Shown here one piece after another: positions 54,086-64,000 of a DNA stretch of 64,000 nucleotides. The stretch's first letter is position 1. The number at the start of each line of letters is the position of its first letter. The stretch comes from Selaginella moellendorffii (lineage: Eukaryota > Plantae > Lycopodiophyta), in assembly GCF_000143415.4 (NCBI RefSeq), contig NW_003314408.1:1-64000 (forward strand), written 5' to 3'. The position numbers and the translations under genes are program-made. The notes under the pieces were generated by a model, which was given only the letters and a program-made list of their open reading frames with translations, made no database searches and had not been told where the DNA came from.

Positions 54086-55857
54086 TCTTTTCTTTTCATT
54101 CATCTTCATGGCAAAGCAACAATCTCCTCCTTTGACTCTGGAGCAGCAGTTGATGCAATTGCTTGATGCCATGCACTTGCAATTGAACAACCAAACTCAA
54201 TTGATGACGGTATTCACAGCACATGGTACAACTCCTCTTGCTCTTGGTGCCAATCCTCGCGTTCGGCCAGAGTTCTTTTGTGGGAATCCTAGGGATGATG
54301 TGTATCATTAATTTGATCACTTCACGGTGATTGCCACATATCATTCTTGGGATGATGCTCAACGTTGAGTTTCCCACATGTCTCCAAGGGACAGTGTTAT
54401 AGTGATACAATGGTTTAAGCGTAGCCACTCATAGGGATTGGAGTGTTCTTTCAGACGTCTTCAAACGTGCATTCGGACATGCTGACGATTGTGATAATGC
54501 CCTCCAACAATTGTATCGTCTTCATCAAGGGCCATTTGGGTCGGTGATGCAATTTGGTATTTGTTTCCGAAGCCTTTTGCTTCGTGCGGAGCCGAATATG
54601 TCGGAGCGGATCAAGCTTAGAATGTTGTGGCGAACACTTTGTCAAGATCTTGTTGGACTTGTCCATGCACTTGCTCCAGCCACCTTTGACAATGCTCTTC
54701 GCTTGGCACAACATTATGAGATGTCACCTCTTAAGCTTTATTTCGTTAAAGTGGGATTTATTCAGTAAAATGGGACTAGGTACAAATTTTCAAGTATTTG
54801 AAAATGACGTGAAATTATATGGTTTTTGTCCAGGGGTTAGACATATCTGGGGCATGGTGACTAGCGCGGTGACTTTGTGTCCAGACTGAGTCCATCTGGT
54901 TGTATAATAAATCTCATTGTCAAGGTGAACAAGCTGAATCTGAAGCTAAAAAAGAGCGATGGCATGCGCGCACACACTATTTGTTTGTTCATTGAGCGTG
55001 TGGTGAGCTTTCCAAGATGAACGTCATTCCTATTAGCCAGACATATAACTTAATGGTGAGAACATTTAGATATTATTCAATGTTATCTTTTTCTAACGAA
55101 TCTAATTGTGAAGGTGTAGCAAGAGGCATTGCTAGTCTGGAGAAGTCATTTAACTCATTTGACCCTTAGTGTATTTTCATGAAACTAAATAACATTTATA
55201 TTATTAAGGAATTTCTCTAGTACCTTTTTTTTACGACATAGAGGCTTGCATTTCTTTCAAAGGTGATTTAGTAAAAGGCCTGAGGGCACATGCCATTCTA
55301 TTTCTCAGACCGGTATTAAGATATACTAGTGCAAAGGGAAAAAGGTATTTGGTGATCAAGTAAATGGCATGAGGGCACACGCCATTATAAGCCTAAGCGC
55401 TAGTGGACACCTCCTTTTTGGTACTCTCAGCGGTACTATCATCCTTCTCCAGGTCAGTTGTTTTGCTTTGGATTGTTGTCTCTGACGTTACTGGGGCGTT
55501 TTCGATAGTTGTTAATGTTGCCGTTTGTTCAGAAAAATGATCACCTAGAGTATAGTACGGGGAGTTTGGAAGACTTATATATTCTACATCTTCACCTATC
55601 TCCTTCTCCGTCTCCTTTTCTGCCTCACTTACAGATTTTGTGCTTGCCATGAGAACGCTCTTCACCCTAAAATATGGAGTTCGTTGTGTTATAAAAGGAA
55701 ACCAACACACACGCTGCAAGGGAATGATGGTACATAAAGCACGTAAGCCCACAATATGGGTTTATGTGCCATTAATATGGGCCACACGCCATATTATTAG
55801 ATTTATGCACGTGTGATTGGTAAATGCATATGTCACATCATCTCAGGCCACATGCCA

Positions 55858-58047
55858 TCACGCCTCCTCTGATTCAGATTCGGATTGTTCACCTTGAAAT
55901 AAAATACATTAGAAACTTAGTAAAGGAATATTAATGAATCTCACCTTGAACCTGGGTTATGAATGCTCTTGCTGCATCTCTTGCATGGTCTGGCAAGGTG
56001 ATGGTGGCACTCTGCTTCCGCATCCAACCATGCACAACATTATCCACCGATATGCTCATGCTGGGATCCCTTGGATTCAGCACCCATCTCTTTTCTAGGC
56101 AATCCTTCGTATATCTGGAACTTGGCTTGAAGCACTCCACAGTTACATTGAAGGAGTTAGTTTTCGCGTCCTCCTCTGCATCAGTGACGCAGCGCCCCAC
56201 CCATATCATTTGTTTTTTATTACTGGGTCTAACAAGCATGACCATTCCTTTGCAGACCTATACTGGATTGAATGCTGAATCCGGCTTCTTGTTCCTCGGC
56301 CCACAATAGTGATCCTCAACATCGTTATCTGTCACTGCATTTCCAGAGGACATTGTTCCGCTACTATCTGGTGCTCTGGGTTCTGGCCAAAAGGACTCTT
56401 CCAATTCTTCATATACAACCGGCCCATTTTGGATAGCAGATATAATCTTCTCCCAGTATTCGATCAAAGGCTTGCACCTCTGAAAATAGGATTCTCCACC
56501 AAACACCAACCCCCTCTTCCAGAAGGCAATATGCTGTCTAATCCCGGCCACTATACTTTCCTGGTCTTTGAGTCCATCCGGGTGCATCGGCCGTGGGGAA
56601 CCCTGAGGAATCATAGGTTCCCCAGTTATGGGATCTCTCTTGAAGAGTTCAATGCCATCCACTAGCAGCCACACTGTGTCCCATTCTCTCATCTTGTACC
56701 TCATCACTGGAGCACCGTCACGCATGCTGAAATGAAACTGAAGAGGCTTGGAGTGGCCAATCAGCGTTTCGGATCCGTCCCTGATGTAGCCTCTTACAAA
56801 CCCCTTAAAGTCTGGAACCTTTGTCACAAGTGCAGCTTCAACAGTGCCTTTGATGCAATTTTGGAATTCATCGTAGAGTTGTGGGAGGGTGAGGACATTG
56901 GATCGCCGGAGGGACTCTGCCAGGTGACTGAACATGGCATCGACGTCTTCATGAGTGTGCCCAACCATGAGAAAGCCAAGTGTAACTGTTTCAAATATGC
57001 CTTTGGCAACAAGCATCGCCAAGTACGCGAAGACGTACATGTTTTTGTTCTCACTGCCAGCATTGTCTGTTTGGAGCAGAAGATGGGGTGGAAGGCCACA
57101 TCGGCCGCAAGAACTTCCTTGAGATTCTGCTTCGTTTGGATGAGGCTGTGCATTCACCGGGCAACCAACCTCGTCGGAATGGCATGAGGCCTCACGTGAT
57201 AACCCTACAATCTGACGGCCAACATATTCACTGGGATGGCATGGGGCCCCACGCGATACTGCAAGCCTTTGCTCCTCCTCCACTGAACCCTGTATGGGGT
57301 TCGATCGACAAGGGCCTTATGCAAGGGTTGGCCATTCAACTCAGTCTGCGCACTTTGCAGAGACCTTAAGTGTTTTGCTAGGGACGCAATCATCATGTTT
57401 GCACCCCCGCCACCCCATAGAGGTACAAAGAAGTTCCCATAGTTCTGGGCACCATGCCCATGAGCAATTATGCCAAACAGAGACACAGGCAGCTGCATGG
57501 ATGAAGAGATTGCCTTGGGGGCAGGATTGAGTCGAGGTAAGCACGTCTTTTTCTGGTCCATTTTGTCGTGGATGATGCAGAGGTAAGAGTCAGGTCTCTC
57601 CATGGAGAGAATCCTGTTATGATAATATGCAGTCCTGCAGCTTCTCTGCTCGATGTTGTGGTCGAGCCGCCTTCTAACCAACGTCTCTCGCTCTTGAGCG
57701 ATGCAAGAATTCTTTGACAAAGCCATTTTGATAGCAGTGCACTCGTCACACTTTGAAAAGCTGGAGTACTTTCCTATACTCACATCCCTGAACCTATTGC
57801 TCCACAATCTACTAAATCTAGATTGGCTCAGCTTCCTGTAGCCATTACTCTGGAGTTCCCGATTCACATCTTCCAATATGGCCCCCTTGGTATACATGGA
57901 AGGGAGAACTCATTGGGTGTCTCGAGTTCCATCTTCCAAGAGGCGGGTTTTATGTGGTTGCTGCTCTCTACATGTCTCGACAAACCTCTTGAAGATAGCC
58001 TCTCCATATACAGAGTCCTATGAGGAAGGCTTTTTCATCGTGATGAT
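55858..58047 (-). pseudogene. DDE transposase, Sola-like (GHTHED type), disrupted
   Basis: FSKCDEC, IIHDKMDQKK, LQTDNAGSENKN, FLMVGHTHEDVDAMFS; frame break near 57285; in-frame TAG at 56258-56260; terminal intron and short last exon GEQSESESEEA*; 5' end lost in the gap. Confidence 0.75.
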
Positions 58048-58147
58048 NNNNNNNNNNNNNNNNNNNNNNNNNNNNNNNNNNNNNNNNNNNNNNNNNNNNN
58101 NNNNNNNNNNNNNNNNNNNNNNNNNNNNNNNNNNNNNNNNNNNNNNN
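58048..58147. other. Assembly gap (100 N)
   Basis: Run of N. Confidence 1.
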
Positions 58148-58439
58148 GCGTGACTAGTCACCCATACAAAAATATATACAGTTGCAGCAAGGCAAAAGGA
58201 ATATGGCAATAGGCTAGCAGGGGCCAAAGATGGCATGAGGCCTCATGCCATCTTGATATACACACAGCTGCAGGCAAGTAAAAACATACATGACAATACG
58301 CTAGCCATGAAATTGCAAGGGCCCAAGATGGCATGTGGCCTCATGCCATTTCTAAATGTGGTCCTAAGCCATTCCATGGTGAACATACCAGGAAGCACAA
58401 GTGGCGAATATCAAGAGGAAGCGGTAGCCACACCAAAGA

Positions 58440-58575
58440 CAGTGCCGCTCGCAACACTGCAACTACTCATAGCGCCGCTCGCAACACCGCAACTGCTCGT
58501 AGCGCCGCTCGCACAAACTGCCACTCGCATAAACTGCCGCTCGCAATGGCGCTCGCAATGCCGCAACCGCTCGTA
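58440..58575. repeat. GC-rich ~30-bp tandem repeat (gcgccgctcgcaacac.gcaact.ctc.ta)
   Basis: Direct inspection. Confidence 0.75.
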
Positions 58576-58697
58576 GACGCATAAACCACAGCTCACAACG
58601 CCGCTTACACAAGCAGTGCTCACTGCGCTCAGCGGAACCAAGAACACGGCGCACAAAAATGATAGACCTAGGAATGAGTTCGAGAATTCAAAAATAA

Positions 58698-61116
58698 CAC
58701 ACGCTTGAACGTCACATCAAATCCTCTGACAAACCAGATCTTATGATTCCTCTGACAAATTTCAAACTGAGTAGCTTCTAGACTTTGCTGTCAAAGGTTG
58801 AACTTTGTCACATCATGTCCTTGCCTCGATCCAGCTGTGCCATGTCAGTGATTCGAGCTTTGCCATGCCATATCAGCGATCCGCGCCAAGATTATTCGCC
58901 GTGTAAAGGAATAATTATGCTGTGTGTGTACGTCCATTTATGGCAATATAAGGCCACACGCCATTCAAAGAATAATGCTAGTCGAGCATTTTTTGGTGCA
59001 TTTTTGGGTTCAAAATTGCATGAGCCCACACGCTATAAAGTTTACCTGTACCAAAAATATAAACAGCTTTATTTACTTGGGAATTTAAGTGGTTGAGGCA
59101 TTTTTAAACTTACAAACACATGCCCTACTTACATTCTTTTGGTTGCTTAAATGTCAAAAATATTATAAACCTTTCTTTTTGCATTTTCAATGTTTTCAAT
59201 TATGGTTTTTGATTTTCGCAGGACCAGCCTAGTAATTTATTTGCATCCCGTCATGTTTATAGCTAGCTTTCGTTTGTCCCCTTCGCTAGCCTGAGATACA
59301 TCTGCTCGGCATCTGCCTCTTACAGCATTTGCCCAGAAAGGGCATCTTTCTTCATGCAGCATTTGCCACATGTTTAGGGTTTAGGGTTTAGCAATTCAGT
59401 AGCTTGATAAACATGCAAATACAGAACTTGATGCAAAATCCTTTGATATGTCACAATGCCCCTAGGACCATAAACACATTTCAATAGAGAGGGTCCTTTC
59501 ATTTTATAACTCCTTACGTAGATCTTGGTGAAACCAGAGTTAGTGAAGTTAGTTTCTTGTGATCCCGCATCTGATTGTGATGTCCCTTTGCAGTGTCGAT
59601 GGAAAGGTCAATGCACACCAAATTGTAGAATCTTAGAGCAAAATAACGGTCGGATCTATGGCAAATGCCCCTGAAACATTGTAAGGCTCGTGTGGTTTTA
59701 TGTGGTGTCCGATCGATATGCTTCTTTGTAGGGTCATCAAGAAAGACATTGTATACCATTCTATAAAATCTAGTTGTGATCTAACGGTTGGATCTCCAGA
59801 AAACTCAAAAAAATCTCACGCGTGTCAGAATATTCTAGGAATATACTCCTATGTGCCCCTGAAAATGGCATGCGGCCCCACGCCATTCAAGAGATAACGC
59901 CAGATGACGCCGAGCATTTTTTGGTGCATTTTTTGGGATCAAAATTGCATGAGCCCACACGCTTGAACGTCACATCAAATCCTCTGACAAACTAGATCTT
60001 ATAATTCCTCTGACAAATTTCAAACTGAGTAGCTTCTAGACTTTGCTGTCGGAGGTTGAACTTTGTCACATCATGTCCTTGCCTCGATCCAGCTGTGCCA
60101 TGTCAGTGATTCGAACTTTGCCATGCCATGTCAGCGATCCGTGCCAAGATTATTCGCCATGTAACTGCTCAGCATCTGCCTCTTACAGCATTTGCCCAGA
60201 AAGGGCATCTTTCTTCACGTAGCATTTGCCACATGTTTAGGGTTTAGGGTTTAGCAATTCAATAGCTTGATAAACATGCAAATACAGAATTTGATGCAAA
60301 ATCCTTTGATATGTCAGGACCATAAACACATTTCAAGAAAGACATTGTATACCATTCTGTAAAATCTAGTTGCGATCTAACAGTTGGATCTCCAGAAAAC
60401 TCAAAAAAATCTCGCGCGTGTCAGAATATTCTAGGAATATACTCCTATGTGCCCCTGAAAATGGCATGTGGCCCCACGCCATTCAAGAGATAACGCCCGA
60501 TGACGCCGAGCATTTTTTGGTGCATTTTTTGGGATCAAAATTGCATGAGCCCACACGCTTGAACATCACATCAAATCCTCTGACAAACCAGATCTTATAA
60601 TTCCTCTGACAAATTTCAAACTGAGTAGCTTCTAGACTTTGCTGTCGGAGGTTGAACTTTGTCACATCATGTCCTTGCCTCGATCCAGCTGTGCCATGTC
60701 AGTGATTTGAACTTTGCCATGCCATGTCAGCGATCTGCGCCAAGATTATTCGCCGTGTAACTGCTCGGCATCTGCCTCTTACAGCATTTGCCCAGAAAGG
60801 GCATCTTTCTTCACGCAGCATTTGCCACATGTTTAGGGTTTAGGGTTTAGCAATTCAGTAGCTTGATAAACATGCAAATACAGAACTTGATGCAAAATCC
60901 TTTGATATGTCACAATGCCCCTAGGACCATAAACACATTTCAATAGAGAGGGTCCTTTCATTTCATAACTCCTTACGTAGATCTTGGTGAAACCAGAGTT
61001 AGTGAAGTTAGTTTCTTGTGATCCCGCATCTGATTGTGATATCCCTTTGTAGTGTCGATGGAAAGGTCAATGCACACCAAACTGTAAAATCTTGGAGCAA
61101 AATAACGGTCGGATCT
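58698..61116. repeat. Modular internal tandem repeats (150-220-bp blocks), with (TTTAGGG)2 in one block
   Basis: Block A at ~58698, 59955, 60551; B at ~59302, 60164, 60761; C at ~59453, 60912; D at ~59739, 60335. Confidence 0.9.
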
Positions 61117-61191
61117 TGGCGTCCCGGGAGATTTCAGCGCCACTCTCCAACTGTAAGTGGCAGAGTAGCGTTGCTGCTACGATCCGCTGCA

Positions 61192-61350
61192 CACACAGTG
61201 CACATTCGCCAGCAAGTCCGGCCTCGATTGTCACGCCTCCATTCGGCTTCAAATGGTAAGTCTTTTAGGCCACACAGTGGACATTCGCCAGCAAGTCCGG
61301 CCTCGATTGTCACGCCTCCATTCGGCTTCAAATGGTAAGTCTTTTAGGCC
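61192..61350. repeat. ~80-bp tandem duplication
   Basis: cacacagtg.acattcgccagcaagtccgg..ggtaagtcttttaggc occurs twice. Confidence 0.9.
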
Positions 61351-61552
61351 AAGTAGTAAATGGCATGAGGCCACATGCCATTCAATAGCAACATTGGCAT
61401 GCACCGATTGGGCTCTTGAGTGCAGTCCAGTTACAGATGGCGTGTAGCCTCACGCCATCTTAGGATGCAGCCTCAAGACATCTGATGCAGTGGTGAATGG
61501 CGTGTGGCCTCACGTTATTTCCAGCTGCTAGCTTTTCATCTGTCAGCTCTAA

Positions 61553-64000
61553 TTGTTGTGCATTTCTGAACAAGCGAGGAATTGCGTTCTTCTTCCAGCC
61601 ACTGTCAATGTGGATGCAGAGAAGGGGGAGGAGCTCACCAGTTGGACTTTCGGGATGGAAGGCGAGGATCTGAGGCTGTACAACACAGATGGTGGGAGAA
61701 AAGAATGCATGGGGATCCTCATCCAAGTGACAGACACTCCATGCAGTTCCATGCAAGAATATGGACTGGCACTTGTGGTAGAGACAGCGTCCGCCTTCAA
61801 GATCCACCTTGCACATCCTAGCGGCTTCCCGGAGGGGGGCAGCGGCTATGAGGAATTCCTAGAGGGAGCTAGGGAGAGGTTGTTTAGGAGGCCCAAAATT
61901 TCAAAGACGCTGTGGGTCTATGAAGATCACATGGAATCCACGGACCTCACCTACGGCGATGTTCAAAAACTATATTCCAACATTGAGCCGTTGAGAGTGC
62001 CTCCAGTTCGCGAAGCAAAGGGGAAGGGGGTCGATCTGGAAACTACCCCGAAGCAGAAAAGGGTGGTCAAGCTCAAGCCGACGTCTGACTCTCCTGCTCC
62101 AAAAAAGAAGCTACTCGGTGATGCCATTGCCTCAGGTTCGAACACTACACCCACCAAAAAGAAGAGCCGCAAAGAGCAGAAAGAGCAAGAAGAGGCAGCA
62201 AAAATCATCGCAGATAATAGTACTTGTTACTATTCTAACAAAGTATATACAATCGACGTGAGCCGTATCGACATCCAAAGCAAATACAACCACAGGCTAG
62301 TATCTGATGAGTGGGTGAAGAAACTGAAGCAGAAGATGCTGGCAAGTCCAGTAACACCCGACATCGCAGACGTGATCCCCTACTACCGAACAATGAAGGG
62401 CGAGACGAGGTTTCTAGACTTGATCAATAGGAAGGTGTTGGACGATCAAAACATCTGGTTCTATGCCGTCTCCGGGCAGCATTCTAGCTTGGCGATGCAA
62501 GAGATAGTTGTGGATATTATGGTGGGCGAGGAGGTGAAGAAAGTCTTCAAGACAAGAGTTGTCCGCCTGATAAAAGGCAACTCGCCCCTCCGATCTATCA
62601 TATACATCTCCCACGCGCAGAATGTCAAGCAAGAAACGTGCTACAAATCGGGTCTGCACGAGACATTGGCACGAACACGGAAGCTCTGGGTTCAGCTGAA
62701 GAAGCCACAAAAATCAGGACAAGGACGTGCACTAGCAACTAGCGTCTGGCAGGTAAGCCTCGTTGCATGTGGCATAGCATGTGGCCTCACGCCATTTCCA
62801 TTGCAGGAATTCTCGAGTCTTCTCTCGAAAACACTGGGGGTCAATGACACACTCAGCATCCATAACATTCTACTCGCGACAAAAGTTGTTTTTGACAAAT
62901 GGGTAGATGTGCTGAGGAGGTACCATGACGGGGAGTTGCTAAACTCAATGGGTGTGGAGGACGGCCGGAAGCCCAATGATTTGAAGCTCAACGCCTTGCG
63001 TTTCTTGCGGTCTCTAGACGACGATGACCTTCTCACAGTGGCTAATGCTCTTCTACGTGGTGAGGTAGTCTTCAACAAGACCAAAATGACTCCTGGCCAT
63101 ATTGTGACATACGAGGACTTGTGCACGACTCTGAGAGCTTGTGCGCTATTGAAGGATTGGATCTTCGAGCAAGTGGCCGTGGAGAGGGTGAGCATCGACA
63201 CCACACAAGAGATGATGGAAGAGCTGGAGTTGTCAAATGAAGACATCGACGAGTACGTGAAGGGGGCCCCCAAGTTCATCGATCTGCTGCGGGATGCCAC
63301 GAAAAGTAAAGCTGAGAAGTTGGATCAGTATCCAAATTTCATTAGGAGGGATGTCGACCGCCGGCTTCAGAAACAGCTCGACCCCGCAGCAGAGGCCTAT
63401 CGAGAACCTTACCGGGTATACGTGAATTCGGATGAGGATCAAAGGTGGAGGAGCATCGTTTCCCGCGGAGATGAGTAGGTCAAGAACATCTTTTGTGTGA
63501 TGGACTTCACAAACGAGGAGATCACTCATGCAGACAAAGTCAGCTCCATCATTGACTTAATGGTGGGACTTGCGGAGGTGGAATCTTCAGTCCACTATAT
63601 GATCTACGACTCCGAATCCTATCACAAGTTTTGGAAGGCCTTGAACGAGGTGAAGGCTCGGTTGAAAGGCAAGGAGATGCAGGAGATCCATGGGATAATG
63701 GCTAAGAAGAAGATACCGATGAATGTCCGCATCTTCACACTCGCCTTTGTTATTGGTCCTGCAGCAGAGTGGGACTGGAGTGACTTCCCAGCTTCGTTCG
63801 ACAAGGCCGATCGAATTGATCTGAGGGAGGTCAATTTACCCGTGCCTGAGGAACTGAAGATGGCTATGGAGCTTTCGAATCTAGAGAAAGCTCCAGGTGC
63901 AGCATGGGAAATGCTCAGCTGGGTCTTCAACGCAATAGCAGGTGGGTCACCTGTTTCCGACTCTAAGGGCAAATGCATTGTCGAGTACAACTGCGGCGGA
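61553..64000 (+). CDS. Transposon-associated large protein: basic NLS region, ParB/Srx-like domain, C-terminal degenerate amino-methyltransferase-like domain; one in-frame TAG; 3'-incomplete
   Basis: 641-aa ORF with 54-nt in-frame intron 62753-62806; after TAG 63476-63478 the same frame stays open to 64000; motifs NHRLVSDEWVKKL..FYAVSGQHSSLA and LEKAP..CIVEYNCGG. True start uncertain. Confidence 0.65.

Larger units (their letters stand above)
54733..64000. mobile_element. Large DNA transposon (Sola-like DDE family) inserted in gypsy gag; runs off the window end
   Basis: Gag homology stops at ~54732 (ctcTTAAgcttt); transposase gene, internal repeats and a second gene share one dispersed palindrome. 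Right end and TIR not visible. Confidence 0.65.

Noticed and set aside
59372-60850. Telomere or interstitial telomeric array (also 25480-25497)
   Set aside because: Only 2-3 TTTAGGG units per site.
58230-61520. CRISPR-like array of palindromic repeats
   Set aside because: Spacing is irregular, spacers are not unique, no cas genes, eukaryotic context.

Overview
Eukaryotic plant genomic DNA, TE-rich, with two N gaps (16875-17649, 58048-58147). The 49-56 nt introns, PLS-type PPR remnants and a Tcn1-like chromovirus suggest a lycophyte such as Selaginella; this is an inference. Host genes: a ~6.7-7 kb direct segmental duplication (6795-13477 / 23849-30840), each copy holding an LRR-RLK remnant, an AT-hook + Dof-like zinc-finger ORF and a B-lectin receptor kinase; a frameshifted subgroup-IVb bHLH gene; XTH and PPR remnants; and a 3-exon secreted cystine-knot (knottin) precursor gene at 33075-33526 (-) that the ORF track does not show as a whole. 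Mobile DNA: several Ty3/gypsy elements, including one with a self-priming signal and a -1 frameshift cassette, a young non-coding LTR element with a tRNA-T-arm-like hairpin cluster, and an old element with a 4-bp TSD. There is also a Penelope-like RT remnant. From ~54733 to the window end lies a large Sola-like DDE DNA transposon with a recurring 22-bp palindrome and a divergently transcribed gene for a ParB/Srx-like domain followed by a degenerate amino-methyltransferase-like domain. All domain calls come from motif reading by eye, not database searches.
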